Source: an uncultured cyanobacterium | Lineage (GTDB): Bacteria; Cyanobacteriota; Cyanobacteriia; PCC-9006; JAAUQQ01 | Assembly (NCBI GenBank): GCA_963718615.1 | Contig: OY970368.1 | Span: forward strand, 1,184,001-1,248,000 | Length of the DNA: 64,000 bases | Direction: 5' to 3' | Part shown: positions 19,384 to 30,108 of the stretch, in pieces | Layout: each line of letters starts with the position of its first letter | How positions within the stretch are numbered: position 1 is the stretch's first letter | Notes under the pieces: generated by a model | Database searches by the model: none | Seen by the model: the letters and a program-made list of their open reading frames with translations, nothing else | What the model was told of the DNA's origin: nothing | Program-made: the position numbers and the translations under genes

Positions 19384-19415
19384 GGGTGTTTGGGGGGGGC
19401 AAGGGGATATGTGGT

Positions 19416-20120
19416 CTATCTCCGTTTGGAAATGACCCGCGCCGGAACCCCCACGGCCACGGAATAGGGCGGAATATCCCGCGTGACCACGGCATTGGCT
19501 CCAATGACACTGCCGCGACCAATCGTGACGCCATCCAATACCTTCACACCCGCCCCAATCCAGCAGTTATCTTCGACACAAATACCTTTGCGGGTGATTC
19601 CCTGCTCTTGGATCAAAAGATCAGGGTCAGAGAAATTATGATTATTCGCATACATGCCCACCTGTCCGGCAATTAAACAATCCTGGCCGATGGTGATCGA
19701 ACCTGGCCCCGCTATACAAGTAAAAGGACCTAGGTATGTGCGATCGCCCACTTCAATCCGACACCCCTCATAGTCCGGCACTGTATTGAGCTCTATCCCT
19801 CGCTCAAGAACCACATGATTGCCAATCCAAATCGAGGCACCGCCAGGTGTTGCGTTGAGTCGGGTATATTTGAAGATACGGACTCCCTCTCCCAAGTGAA
19901 TAGCGTGGGCTCCTAAGAACTCAACCCCTGCTTGGATATAGGCGGAACTGCCCCAGGTGGCAAAAATGGGTTTATACAAATAGCGGCGTAGAATCACTCC
20001 TACAGGACGAGGAATCCAACCCAGTGAGTAGGTGATGAGATATTCTCCCAATCGCGCCCACTTTGGACGAGGTTTGGTCTCCGGCAGACGTTTAGAAGAC
20101 GGAGCGAGCGTAGAATTCAT
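19416..20120 (-). CDS. Hexapeptide-repeat acyltransferase
   Basis: IGQDCLIA, CWIGAGVKVLDGVTIGRGSVIGANAVVT and VGVPARVI. Confidence 0.9.
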   Translation of the reverse strand: MNSTLAPSSKRLPETKPRPKWARLGEYLITYSLGWIPRPVGVILRRYLYKPIFATWGSSAYIQAGVEFLGAHAIHLGEGVRIFKYTRLNATPGGASIWIGNHVVLERGIELNTVPDYEGCRIEVGDRTYLGPFTCIAGPGSITIGQDCLIAGQVGMYANNHNFSDPDLLIQEQGITRKGICVEDNCWIGAGVKVLDGVTIGRGSVIGANAVVTRDIPPYSVAVGVPARVISKRR

Positions 20121-20295
20121 GGCAGAGTCTTGCTTACAGTTCTACATCGAGCAGACAAAATCAGTTCATAAAATGCAATGTGGTATTAGTTGTAGTGTAC
20201 AGGAAAAAACAGAGTCCGATCCGTGACTTCTATCTCAGACTATCGTTGTTGTTGATGGGTTTCCGTAGGAAAGTAGGGAAGTTCATAGGAGATTT

Positions 20296-21117
20296 ATGGA
20301 CAAAAATATGGGGCTTTGCAGGATTTGTGGAGAAAATCTACAGCCATTGTTCAAACAACTGGTTCTGAATCAGTACTGGGTGAGTTACGCGCGATGCGAT
20401 CGCTGTGAAGCCCTCCAAACTGAAGACCCCTATTGGCTCAATGAAGCCTATGAAAAACAAGGAATTTCGGCTTTGGATACGGGGATTGTGCAGCGTAATT
20501 TGCGCATGGCAGCGCAAACCGCTCGATTGATTGATCAATGGCTACCCCAGGCTGAACGGTTTCTGGATTTTGGGGGAGGAACAGGGCTGTTTGTTCGATT
20601 AATGCGCGATCGCGGCTTTGCGTTTTATCGCTGCGATCGCTATACCGAAAATTTATTTGCTCATGGCTTTGACCTCTCGGATTTACCAGAAACAGCCCAA
20701 TTTGATTTGATTACGTCGTTTGAGGTTTTAGAGCATTTAGTCAATCCGCTAGAAACCCTTGGTAGCTTATTGCAAAAGGGCAACACCATCTTATTTTCGA
20801 CCGATCTACAGCCTGCGGTTGAGCAGCTCTCAACTTGGCCCTATTTGTTTCCGCTTTCGGGTCAGCATATTACGTTTTATACACCCAAAACACTGGAGTT
20901 TATGGCAGAACAATTGCATTGCAAAGTCTGTACCAATGGTCGAGATTTGCATGTTTTAACGAGACAGAATTTTTCGCAGCGGCGGTTGCGATCGCTCCTC
21001 ACCAAACCCCTGTGGCAACGGGGACTCAATTGGCTAGGGCATCGCCTTCGCACCAGACCGTCGTTGGTGGATCAAGACCTCCGGGCGGTGGTCAAGGGGC
21101 TGGAAAGAGGGGCATAA
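20296..21117 (+). CDS. Class I SAM-dependent methyltransferase (Methyltransf_23-like)
   Basis: N-terminal CxxC...CxxC; FLDFGGGTG and FEVLEHL. Confidence 0.85.
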   Translation: MDKNMGLCRICGENLQPLFKQLVLNQYWVSYARCDRCEALQTEDPYWLNEAYEKQGISALDTGIVQRNLRMAAQTARLIDQWLPQAERFLDFGGGTGLFVRLMRDRGFAFYRCDRYTENLFAHGFDLSDLPETAQFDLITSFEVLEHLVNPLETLGSLLQKGNTILFSTDLQPAVEQLSTWPYLFPLSGQHITFYTPKTLEFMAEQLHCKVCTNGRDLHVLTRQNFSQRRLRSLLTKPLWQRGLNWLGHRLRTRPSLVDQDLRAVVKGLERGA

Positions 21118-21125
21118 TTTCTTCT

Positions 21126-21644
21126 ATGAGAACTCACTACCGAATGGACGGCATTGCCTTGCTCGCCTGGAGCAGTCTGGCGATCGCCCCCCTCTTTCCC
21201 CTTGGCCCAGCCCAAGCCCTGCCGGACCCCGCTGCCAGTCAACAGCTCGAAACTACAAACAACTGCTCGGGCTGTATGCTCAGCGCGGCGAATTTTCGCT
21301 ATCGCTATTTGCAAGGTGCGGACCTCAGCGGGGCGAATTTACAAAATGCTGACCTAACGTTTGTGGACCTATCGGGGGCCAATCTCAGCGGGGCCAATCT
21401 TCAAGGCGTCAATTTCGAGCGTGCTAACTTAGCCGGAGCCAACTTAGCCGGAGCCAATCTCAGCCGTGCTTCCCTCATCCAGGCCAATCTAGAAAACGCC
21501 AATCTCGATAATGCTCGACTGGCCGAAGCGCTACTCCAGGGGGCTCAGGTGGGCGGCATTAGCGCCACGGGCGCGACACTTTGCTATGCGGTGTTGCCCA
21601 ACGGAGAGCCTTCGACCCAAGGCTGTCCGCTTTTTCCTCAATGA
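21126..21644 (+). CDS. Secreted pentapeptide-repeat protein
   Basis: Signal peptide ending AQA, CSGC, and A(D/N)LxG repeats. Confidence 0.85.
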   Translation: MRTHYRMDGIALLAWSSLAIAPLFPLGPAQALPDPAASQQLETTNNCSGCMLSAANFRYRYLQGADLSGANLQNADLTFVDLSGANLSGANLQGVNFERANLAGANLAGANLSRASLIQANLENANLDNARLAEALLQGAQVGGISATGATLCYAVLPNGEPSTQGCPLFPQ

Positions 21645-21662
21645 GTTTTAGGGAGTTTTAGG

Positions 21663-22328
21663 CTAGGGCTCAAGCCGCTGTAAGGCAATGGTAGCAGCCT
21701 CTGCCACTTGGGGATGGCCATCCTTGGCTAAGTATCGCAGGGCAGATTGGCTTTTTTCCGTGGGCAAATTCCCCAGGGCTTCCGCTAGCCGCTGACGCAC
21801 GAGCCAATCCTCCGCATTCGCAAACCGCAAAATATCGTCGACGATGCTGGGATCGCCAATTTCCCCAAAGGCCGCGATCGCCGCCTGATGGTTCAAAACC
21901 TCATCCCCTTCCAGCGCTTGCAGCAAAGCCTCCCTCGCCCGCATATCTTTGAGATTGCCAAGGGCGACCGCCGCGCTAAAGCGGACCAGCCAATCAGTTT
22001 CCTCGTAAAAGATGCGAATCAAAGGCTCTACAGCTCGACTATCTTCCAGATAACCCAAGGCTCCGACCGCTGCGGCCCGGACACTGTAGTCTGTTTCCGT
22101 TTCCAGGACCTGCATGAGCAAGTCATAGCATTCGGGCAAGGGCTTAATGCCTAGGGCGAAGACCGCCATGCCGCGCACCTGAATGCTGCCATCTTGGAGG
22201 ACTTTGCGAATGAGGGGAACAGCCTGTTCGGGCGTCGCATCTTTGAGGGCGACGAGGGCCAGTAGGCGATCGCGATCGCTCCCACTATCCAATTGCTCCG
22301 CCAGTTGTTCTAAGTTCAGTTCTGCCAT
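21663..22328 (-). CDS. nblB: HEAT-repeat protein, NblB-like
   Basis: VRGMAVFALG, VRAAAVGALGYL, DWLVRFSAAVALGNL and DWLVRQRLAEALGNL. Confidence 0.75.
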   Translation of the reverse strand: MAELNLEQLAEQLDSGSDRDRLLALVALKDATPEQAVPLIRKVLQDGSIQVRGMAVFALGIKPLPECYDLLMQVLETETDYSVRAAAVGALGYLEDSRAVEPLIRIFYEETDWLVRFSAAVALGNLKDMRAREALLQALEGDEVLNHQAAIAAFGEIGDPSIVDDILRFANAEDWLVRQRLAEALGNLPTEKSQSALRYLAKDGHPQVAEAATIALQRLEP

Positions 22329-22405
22329 GGAACCCCTCCTTTTACAGAGATCGTAGCTCGGGGGCGGAGCGGCGTCTAGAGCGGGTCGAGGTACGGTTCG
22401 ACCGC

Positions 22406-24694
22406 CTAGAGCAAGGCCAAATCCTCTAGGACTTCCGTTGCTGTGGCGTAGCGATCGCCAAAATGATACTTCGCCATCCGCTGGACAATCTTCTTCAACC
22501 CCGGTTCACAGTGCGCAAAGCCTTGCCATACCAAATCCCCCGTTTCCTCATCCTGCTCCAGCATGTGGGGTGGAATCCCCGTCAGCGCCCGCATGGCAAT
22601 AACCCCGAGGGCGTACAAATCGCTATTCAAACGCGGATGTCCTGCCAACTGTTCCGGCGGTGCATAGCCCTGGGTGCCGATGGCGATAGTTTTTTCGGTC
22701 TGCACTTCGTTCTGGGATTGCATCTGCTTCACCGCGCCAAAATCAATCAGAACCAATGCCCCATCCGGGCGGCGAATAATATTATTGGGTTTGATATCCC
22801 GGTGGATAATCCGGCGGTTGTGGATAAAACTTAGCGTTGGCAGTAGGTCCTGTAAGAGGGCGATGACTTTGTCTTCTGGCCAACGGCGATCGCTTGGCAG
22901 TTCCGCCGCCAAGGAGGTTCCCCGAATGAATTGCTCCACCAACAGAAAGTCCGCCCCCTCCTCGAAATAGGCCAAAAGCTGCGGGATGCGATCATGTCGT
23001 CCCAAAATTTCTAGGATCTCCGCCTCCGCCTGAAACAACCGCCGCGCCACCTGCAAAAACTGCGGATCCTGCCGACCAGGCCGCAGGCGCTTCACTACAC
23101 ATTCCGGCGCACCGGGGCGTTGGGTATCCTTGGCCACATAGGTAATGCCAAACCCACCCGCCGCCAGCACCTGCTGGATACGATAGCGATTCGCCACTAA
23201 CCCGTCCCGCTGAAACGATGAGGTCGCAGTTTGAATCTTGGTTTCCGGCTCCGCCTGCCGCGACAGCGAGAGCCGCAGCGCGAGGATTGCCTGTTCCTGT
23301 TCCGCTGCCCGTTCTGCCAAGAGCTGTTGTTCTCGCTGGGCACGGGAGCTGTTGTAGCTGATCATGGCGATGCTGCTGCCGATTAAGGCCACCAAGGGCG
23401 CGGTGATCGGCAACCAAACCCCTTGGAGAAAGAGCCCCCAGGTGCCTGCTAGGAGGAGGGCGATCGCCCCCGTTTCCATCAGGATCAACAGCCGCAGCGG
23501 ATTAGGCAGAAACCCACTCAGCGTCGCCCCTATCCCCGCACAGGCGAAAATGAGCAGCAACTCCCCAGATTCTGGCCAAACTCGCAGCAGCGGTCTCTCC
23601 CCCGCGACTGCATCAAGCAACTGGCTCACCATTTGGGCATGGACCACGACGCCCGGCATATCGAATCCGCCCCGTTTGTTCACGCTAAAAGGCGTGAAGA
23701 AAAAGTCTTTGCTGCTGAGGGCCGTGGTGCCAATCAGGACAATTTTGTCTTGAATCCAGTCGGGATTGACCTTGCCCTCAAGCACCTCCGCCAGCGACAC
23801 CGTTCGGGCAAAGTCTTTAGGATTGCGATAGTTCAAAATCAGCGAATAGCCCTCGTCAGCAATGGTTTGATACCCCCCATCATTGGCATTGAGGGGTTGA
23901 AACGTCGCCTTGCCCCAGTCGAAGCCAAAGGTTTCACCCGGTCGCGCTTGGGGGAGAACCCCGTCCGCACGAAAGTATTGCTCCGCCAACCGATAGGCGA
24001 ACGAGTATTGCAGATTGCCGGTCTCGGTTTCCCAGGTTAACAGCAACGCCCGTCGCAAAACGCTATCGGGATCAAGCGGAACATCATTAAAGCCAATCTG
24101 CTCCGGCGGCATGTCCGGCGGCGCGACGCCATTGGGATCCACAGCGGTGGGCAGTTGGCGAATCCCCACGACGTTGGATTGCTGAAGCTGCCGATGGAGG
24201 TCGGCTTCACCGGGGGGCTGGGGAAAGTCGCGGTAGATGTCGAGGCCGATGGTGCGGGGGTGGTGGGTCTGGAGTTGGGCGATCGCCCGAGCAAAAATCC
24301 CATCGGGCAAGGGCCATCGCTGCGCGGCCTGGATATCTTCTTCGGTGATTTGCACAATCAACAGCCGCTCATCCAGTCCTGGACTGGGCTGCAGCCGTAC
24401 CATTAAATCATAGGCTCGTAGTTCCCAGGCTTGCAGCCCCCCCGCTTGGCGCACCAGGACCAGCCCCCCTGTGGTGACGAGGGTGACGAGCAAAATCGGT
24501 CGAATAGCGGCAAACAGCGATTTCCCCTGGGCCGTGTGGCCAAGGGCTTGAATCCTTTGGGTGATCGCTTTCCCGATCATTCCCGGCTGTGCGAATTGCC
24601 CCCAGGATTGCCGCAGCCAGTCCAAACGGCCCCCTGACTGGGGAAGCTGGGTGGGGAAGTCGGGATCGGTGCTGTGAATGGGGCGATCGGGCAT
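22406..24694 (-). CDS. CHASE2-domain membrane Ser/Thr protein kinase
   Basis: CHASE2 domain (IGLDIYRD, KIVLIG, MPGVVVHAQMVSQLL), three TM segments, and a kinase domain (GGFG, HRDIKPNN, DFG). Confidence 0.92.
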   Translation of the reverse strand: MPDRPIHSTDPDFPTQLPQSGGRLDWLRQSWGQFAQPGMIGKAITQRIQALGHTAQGKSLFAAIRPILLVTLVTTGGLVLVRQAGGLQAWELRAYDLMVRLQPSPGLDERLLIVQITEEDIQAAQRWPLPDGIFARAIAQLQTHHPRTIGLDIYRDFPQPPGEADLHRQLQQSNVVGIRQLPTAVDPNGVAPPDMPPEQIGFNDVPLDPDSVLRRALLLTWETETGNLQYSFAYRLAEQYFRADGVLPQARPGETFGFDWGKATFQPLNANDGGYQTIADEGYSLILNYRNPKDFARTVSLAEVLEGKVNPDWIQDKIVLIGTTALSSKDFFFTPFSVNKRGGFDMPGVVVHAQMVSQLLDAVAGERPLLRVWPESGELLLIFACAGIGATLSGFLPNPLRLLILMETGAIALLLAGTWGLFLQGVWLPITAPLVALIGSSIAMISYNSSRAQREQQLLAERAAEQEQAILALRLSLSRQAEPETKIQTATSSFQRDGLVANRYRIQQVLAAGGFGITYVAKDTQRPGAPECVVKRLRPGRQDPQFLQVARRLFQAEAEILEILGRHDRIPQLLAYFEEGADFLLVEQFIRGTSLAAELPSDRRWPEDKVIALLQDLLPTLSFIHNRRIIHRDIKPNNIIRRPDGALVLIDFGAVKQMQSQNEVQTEKTIAIGTQGYAPPEQLAGHPRLNSDLYALGVIAMRALTGIPPHMLEQDEETGDLVWQGFAHCEPGLKKIVQRMAKYHFGDRYATATEVLEDLALL

Positions 24695-24861
24695 GGGGCC
24701 GGAGGATCGGGAATTAGGGTTATTTTCTCGCTACTATTTTTCCCAAATTTTGCTGAAACCCTCTGCGATAGTCCCATCCGCAAAAATTTTGATATTCAAT
24801 CCCCCACCCCAACCGTTATTCTGGAACAATCTTCAACGTTCAGCCCCGAATTCACAGCCCT

Positions 24862-25689
24862 ATGACTTCCCAACCGCCCATTCCCGTCATCATCAACGGA
24901 GCCACCGGCAAAATGGGCCGGGAAGCGATCAAAGCCGTCAGCGCCGCCACAGACCTGCGCCTGATAGGGGCCTTGGCCCGCAACCCGGAAAATCTCGGCA
25001 AAGACGCTGGCGAAATAGCAGGCTGTGGCCCCGTGGAAGTGCCCATTACCAACGATATGGAAGGCCTCTACGCCATGGCCTCCCAGGAAAAAGAAATTCC
25101 CGTGGTCGTGGACCTGACCCATCCCGATGTGATTTATGAGAATGTGCGGGCGGCGATCGCCTACGGCGTCCGTCCCGTCATCGGCACCACTGGCCTCACC
25201 CTTGAGCAAATTGCCGACCTCGATAGCTTTGCCCGCAAGGCCAGTGTCGGCGGCTTAGTCATTCCCAATTTTTCCATCGGCATGGTGTTGCTACAACAGG
25301 CTGCGGTTCAAGCTTCGCAGTTCTATGACCACGTTGAGATCATTGAACTCCACCACAACCAAAAAGCCGATGCCCCGAGCGGCACCGCTGTCAAAACCGC
25401 TCAGTTGTTGGCAGAACTCGGCAAAACCTTTAACCCCCCCCAAGTCGAAGAAACCGAGAAACTCGCCGGAGCCCGAGGGGCCGATGGCGGCGAAGGCATT
25501 CGGATCCACAGTATTCGCCTGCCGGGGTTGATTGCTCACCAGGAGGTGATCTTTGGTTGTCCGGGGGAAACGTATCTTTTGCGCCATGATACGAGCGATC
25601 GCATTTGCTACATGCCCGGTGTGCTGCTCTCCATTCGCAAAGTACGAAATCTGGAAGGATTGGTGTATGGCCTCGAAAAGATTCTTTAA
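24862..25689 (+). CDS. dapB: 4-hydroxy-tetrahydrodipicolinate reductase
   Basis: GATGKMG, GTTG, PNFSIG and [15 protein letters not shown]. Confidence 0.97.
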   Translation: MTSQPPIPVIINGATGKMGREAIKAVSAATDLRLIGALARNPENLGKDAGEIAGCGPVEVPITNDMEGLYAMASQEKEIPVVVDLTHPDVIYENVRAAIAYGVRPVIGTTGLTLEQIADLDSFARKASVGGLVIPNFSIGMVLLQQAAVQASQFYDHVEIIELHHNQKADAPSGTAVKTAQLLAELGKTFNPPQVEETEKLAGARGADGGEGIRIHSIRLPGLIAHQEVIFGCPGETYLLRHDTSDRICYMPGVLLSIRKVRNLEGLVYGLEKIL

Positions 25690-25716
25690 ATATATTCTTT
25701 AGATATTAGATATATA

Positions 25717-25805
25717 GATCTCCCCCTTAACCCCTCACCTGCAATAGGGAAGAAGGGGAGTGACTGCACAATTCCTCTCTTACAAGAGGAGAGGAATTTA
25801 GGGTA
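25717..25805. repeat. Double-hairpin intergenic element (REP-like) at the left edge of the island
   Basis: ctccccctt..cccct..agggg..aaggggag and aattcctctc..gagaggaatt inverted repeats. Confidence 0.5.
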
Positions 25806-25970
25806 AGTAGAAATTGGGGCGAGTGGCGCGATCGCCTCTTCTGCGGCCTGCCACCCCACAACGCTAGGCGGAAAACCCTGTACATTCACATAACCCAACA
25901 AATAACCCAACAGACGCAGTGTCATTGCGCCCATTGCCGATCGATAACCGGAGGAGCAATGCACTACGAC

Positions 25971-26183
25971 TTAAAGCTGTTCATGGGTCTGATTGGTATG
26001 AATTCCTAAGAGACGATAAAGGCCGCAAAAACCGAACAGCGCGGTTGCCAACAATACGCCACCTGCAACGACGAGTCCGATGCCCAAGGCGGAACCATTA
26101 TAGAGAAACAATCCCAAATAAAATAACCCTGAAGCTAATAGTAGGCGAATTAAGCGATCAACTGAACCAACATTCATTTCCAT
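25971..26183 (-). CDS. DUF2892 (YgaP-like) membrane protein
   Basis: NVGSVDRLIR...FCGLYRLLGIHT. Confidence 0.85.
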   Translation of the reverse strand: MEMNVGSVDRLIRLLLASGLFYLGLFLYNGSALGIGLVVAGGVLLATALFGFCGLYRLLGIHTNQTHEQL

Positions 26184-26446
26184 GACGACAATCTCTTTTA
26201 TGACTTTAATATCTCATATTATAGTCAGTTGCTTATCGATTAAGTAGCCTGCTTCTCTTGCGTTTTGCGTTGTATTCAATCAATTCAATCAATTCAATCG
26301 ATAATTCAAACAATCGTCCATCAAGATCAAGGCAAATATCAGTGCAGCGTATGATGGAGGAAAGCTATGTTTTTATTGCAGATTTTATCCAGAGATTCGT
26401 TCAAACTGTTGTTCACTAATATCATTGCAAAAGCATTCAAGGAGTA

Positions 26447-26986
26447 GTGACAATGAAAGCCATTTTACGTTCTATTGGATCACTATTCATTCTCGGAATG
26501 TTAGCTTGGGTGTTGACGATTAATCTAGCGATCGCCCCCACCCAGGCAGCCACTCGCCACTTAGAAGAATCCCCCGGAGAGACGGTCTACCAGTCCGAAA
26601 TTTACCGATCTCGCCAAACGCTCAAGGATCAACAGGGCGGCAGTTGGCAAGCGATCGCCTTCCAGCGGACTCATCCTGATCACACCGCCACAATGTACTT
26701 ACGTCTGGTTGGGTTTCCAGGAACCGCAAACCTTGACCATTCGCAGCCCCTCACCCTCACCGACTCGATGGGAAAAACCTTCACTGCCGCCGACGTATCC
26801 CACGATATGTTTATGGATAAAATCCAAATGGAACCAGATGTCGGAGAGTATAATTTACAGCCGATCTTGATGCAGTTAGAATCGGCGATCCCATTGCAGT
26901 TAACCCTACTTAATCTCGATCAATCAGAGATCAAGCTGAATGTTTCTCCTGATGTGGTTGAAGAATGGCGATCGCTCATTGATTGA
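26447..26986 (+). CDS. DUF3122-like exported protein
   Basis: Signal peptide; SRQTLKDQQGGSWQAIAF and LRLVGFPG. Confidence 0.75.
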   Translation: MTMKAILRSIGSLFILGMLAWVLTINLAIAPTQAATRHLEESPGETVYQSEIYRSRQTLKDQQGGSWQAIAFQRTHPDHTATMYLRLVGFPGTANLDHSQPLTLTDSMGKTFTAADVSHDMFMDKIQMEPDVGEYNLQPILMQLESAIPLQLTLLNLDQSEIKLNVSPDVVEEWRSLID

Positions 26987-27037
26987 TTCAAATCAAACGA
27001 CACAAATACTGTAAGAATCACTTTAGGAGTCACTATC

Positions 27038-27520
27038 ATGAATTTGGAAAGTCTAGCAGCGCTTAAACCCTATCTCAGCTTTTTCCACCCTATTACCATG
27101 TGGATCTTATTGGTGGTTGCGCTCTACGCGATGTATCTGGGCGTGCAAGTCCGGCGGGCGCGGCTGGCGGATGGCGAGCGCAAGAAAGAACTGGTGAAAG
27201 GTCGATTTGCCATTCGTCACCAGCAAATAGGTTCTATTCTCTTGGCCTTGATGGTAATCGGGGCGATCGGGGGGATCACCGTCACCTACCTCAATAATGG
27301 CAAGATTGTGATTGGTCCCCACCTGTTTGCTGGGTTAGGTATGGTGGGCTTGATTTCTACTTCTGCGGCGCTGGTGCCGTTTATGCAAAAACATGACTGG
27401 GTTCGCAACTTCCACGTTTCGCTGAACCTGATTCTGCTGGGTTTGTTTGGTTGGCAAGCCGTGACTGGAGTGCAAATTGTGCAAAAGATTGTCAGCCATA
27501 TGATGCAGTCTCCTGCATAA
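27038..27520 (+). CDS. DUF4079 membrane protein
   Basis: FFHP, RHQQIG, GPHLFAGL and HVSLN...WQAVTG. Confidence 0.85.
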   Translation: MNLESLAALKPYLSFFHPITMWILLVVALYAMYLGVQVRRARLADGERKKELVKGRFAIRHQQIGSILLALMVIGAIGGITVTYLNNGKIVIGPHLFAGLGMVGLISTSAALVPFMQKHDWVRNFHVSLNLILLGLFGWQAVTGVQIVQKIVSHMMQSPA

Positions 27521-27603
27521 CTCTGGTCACAAAGCTTCTCTACAGGATCAAGCATTAATATCAACGTTCTATGGACGGCAGGGCAACATTGACGATTAAA
27601 AAG

Positions 27604-30036
27604 TCAATAGCCAGGTCTGATGGGGGCGGAAATAGGCAAGTTCAAGGCAAGGCTAATGTCCTGGCCTTGATGGGCGATCGCTAAATGCCTCCCTTCCTTT
27701 AGCCAGTAGGTGGCCGAATCAGGCTGAAGTTCTACGCTTAAAAGCTGGCCTTGAACGGTCAGGAAAAATTGCAGGCGTTTGATCCAATCCGGTATTTTAG
27801 GATTAAAAGATATTTTTCCATCATAATCTCGTAGACCACTAAATCCATACACGAGTGTCATCCAACTGCCGCCCATAGAAGCAATATGACAGCCATCTTG
27901 GGCATTGCCTGAGAGATTTTCCAAGTCCACTAACATGGCGTCGAGTGCATAGGCTGTCGCCAGTTCGACATGGCCGACTTCCGACGCGACAATGCTTTGG
28001 ATACAAGCGGATAGAGAAGAATCTCCGGTTGTTAGCGGATCGTAGTAATCAAAGTTTTTTTGCTTTTGTGCTAAAGAGAACTTATCACCTAATAAAAACA
28101 TGGCCAGCACGAGATCGGCTTGCTTGATCACCTGATGGCGATAAATGAACAAAGGATGGAAGTGTAGCAGTAGGGGATACTGATCGGCTGGTGTGTTTTC
28201 AAAATCCCAGTGCTGTTCATCCGAAAAACCATCGTGCTGAAGATGAATATCTAGCTTTTCATTGAAGGGAATATACATTTTGTCTGCGGCCTGCTGCCAG
28301 TCTTGCATCTCTGAGGCTTTTAGCCCAGTTTTGTCTGCAAGCTCCTGGAAACGCCCAGGCTGTTTTGCCTTCAGCTCCCCTAGTGTTGAAGCTGCATAGT
28401 ACAGATTCTCTTGGGCCATGAAATTGGTATATAAATTGTCGTTGACAACGGTATTATACTCATCGGGGCCGGTGACACCATGAATGCAAAATTGACCGTT
28501 TTCTTGAGCGGAAAAAAAGCCAAGGTCGTGCCATAGTCGGGCTGTCTCGATCAGCATTTCTGCACCTTTCTCATATAGGAAAGTGCGATCGCCCGTTACT
28601 TCGACATACTTTTTGAGACCAAACATAATGTCGGCATTAATGTGATACTGAGCAGTCCCGGCTTCGTAATAGGCGGAAGCTTCTTCTCCATTGATGGTTC
28701 GCCAAGGAAAAAGAGCCCCCTTTTGGCTTACCGCTTTAGCCCGCTCACGCGCTTTGTCTAAAAGTCCATACCGAAATTGCAGTAAATTCTGAGCCAGTTG
28801 AGGATTGGTGTAGGTCAAAAAGGGCAACACATAAATCTCGGTATCCCAAAAGTAATGTCCTTCGTAACCCTGCCCGGTTAGCCCTTTCGCCGGTAATCCC
28901 AGTCCATCAGTTCGACTGGTCGCCTGTAGAATATGAAACAAATTGAAGCGAATGGCTAGCTGTACGGTATTTTTTCGGATCACCCCATCGGATTTTGTCG
29001 CAGACTGTTGGGCCAGTTTTGTAGGCGATTCTGTGGGCAATTCTGCTTCGATGTGAATATCGCTGCGCGACCAAAAATCATCCAGATAGGCTCGCTGGCT
29101 GCTTTTGAGCGCTTCAAAGCTTTGGACAACGGCGCGGTCCAGTGTTCGCACTGCACGTGTACACATCTCCTGCGGAGAAGACCGCTGTGAGGTGTGATAG
29201 GTCATGTACTTGGTTAGCCGGACAGGAATGCCTGCCTGAGCATTGATCGAAAAAATGACTTCGCCGCTATCTGCTTGATACTCACTATCGATAGAAAAGG
29301 AAGAATCGCAAGCAAAAGTGTGATCCATTCCGGTGGCCAGTGTGAGTCCACTGCTGTGGGTTTCGTGCGCGAGCAGAACTCGACCTGCCTTAGCACTCCC
29401 CATTCTAGGCAGCAAGACTCGTTTGGAAAATTCTTTAGTTTGACGCGGATCGCCATAGTTCGCTGGCTGGCTATTATCGGCTCCGTACGACTCATAGTGG
29501 ATTTTAGAAACGATCTCTATGGGTGCATCATTGTCGATGACTGTCACTTCGTAGGCGATCGCGGCCAAATGGCGATGTTTAAAGGAGACTAGTCGTTGAG
29601 ATTTAATCGAAATTTTTTTGCCAGCGGGGGTCTCCCAGATAATTTCTCGGTTTAGCACCCCTGTTTGTAGATCGAGCGATCGCTCATAGCTACACAAATT
29701 CGCTGTCGGTAGGTAAAAGGCCTCATCATCAACGTAAAGCTTGATAATGCTGCTATCAGGGACATGTATCATCGTTTGGCCAATCTTGGCAAAACCGTAA
29801 GCTTCCTCGGGATAAACGATTGGCCAGGATTCATAAAATCCGTTAATAAAGGTGCCACTTTGAGACACCGGATCGCCTTCTTCAAAACAGCCCCGCATTC
29901 CGATATAGCCATTACTCAGGGCATAGAGTGTCTCCATTTTGCCCAGTGTTTTAGGATCATAGTGTTTTTCTATAAGTTTCCAGAGATGACTAGAGTCGGT
30001 GTGTTGAGATAGATTTTCGGGTTGGCGATTCGCCAT
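27604..30036 (-). CDS. GH65 family sugar phosphorylase (trehalose/maltose/kojibiose type)
   Basis: NGYIGMRG, KGLTGQGYEGHYFWDTE, GPDEY, KQADLVLA and DSSLS. Confidence 0.93.
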   Translation of the reverse strand: MANRQPENLSQHTDSSHLWKLIEKHYDPKTLGKMETLYALSNGYIGMRGCFEEGDPVSQSGTFINGFYESWPIVYPEEAYGFAKIGQTMIHVPDSSIIKLYVDDEAFYLPTANLCSYERSLDLQTGVLNREIIWETPAGKKISIKSQRLVSFKHRHLAAIAYEVTVIDNDAPIEIVSKIHYESYGADNSQPANYGDPRQTKEFSKRVLLPRMGSAKAGRVLLAHETHSSGLTLATGMDHTFACDSSFSIDSEYQADSGEVIFSINAQAGIPVRLTKYMTYHTSQRSSPQEMCTRAVRTLDRAVVQSFEALKSSQRAYLDDFWSRSDIHIEAELPTESPTKLAQQSATKSDGVIRKNTVQLAIRFNLFHILQATSRTDGLGLPAKGLTGQGYEGHYFWDTEIYVLPFLTYTNPQLAQNLLQFRYGLLDKARERAKAVSQKGALFPWRTINGEEASAYYEAGTAQYHINADIMFGLKKYVEVTGDRTFLYEKGAEMLIETARLWHDLGFFSAQENGQFCIHGVTGPDEYNTVVNDNLYTNFMAQENLYYAASTLGELKAKQPGRFQELADKTGLKASEMQDWQQAADKMYIPFNEKLDIHLQHDGFSDEQHWDFENTPADQYPLLLHFHPLFIYRHQVIKQADLVLAMFLLGDKFSLAQKQKNFDYYDPLTTGDSSLSACIQSIVASEVGHVELATAYALDAMLVDLENLSGNAQDGCHIASMGGSWMTLVYGFSGLRDYDGKISFNPKIPDWIKRLQFFLTVQGQLLSVELQPDSATYWLKEGRHLAIAHQGQDISLALNLPISAPIRPGY

Positions 30037-30108
30037 ATTTTTAGTATTATTTAGAGCTGTTCTATCTTTGATTTTAAAAAGATAAAATTGAAGGTCCATA
30101 AGCAGTTT

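Noticed and set aside
20835-21125. Long N-terminal extension of the pentapeptide protein
   Set aside because: It overlaps the methyltransferase gene; the ATG at 21126 gives a normal signal peptide.
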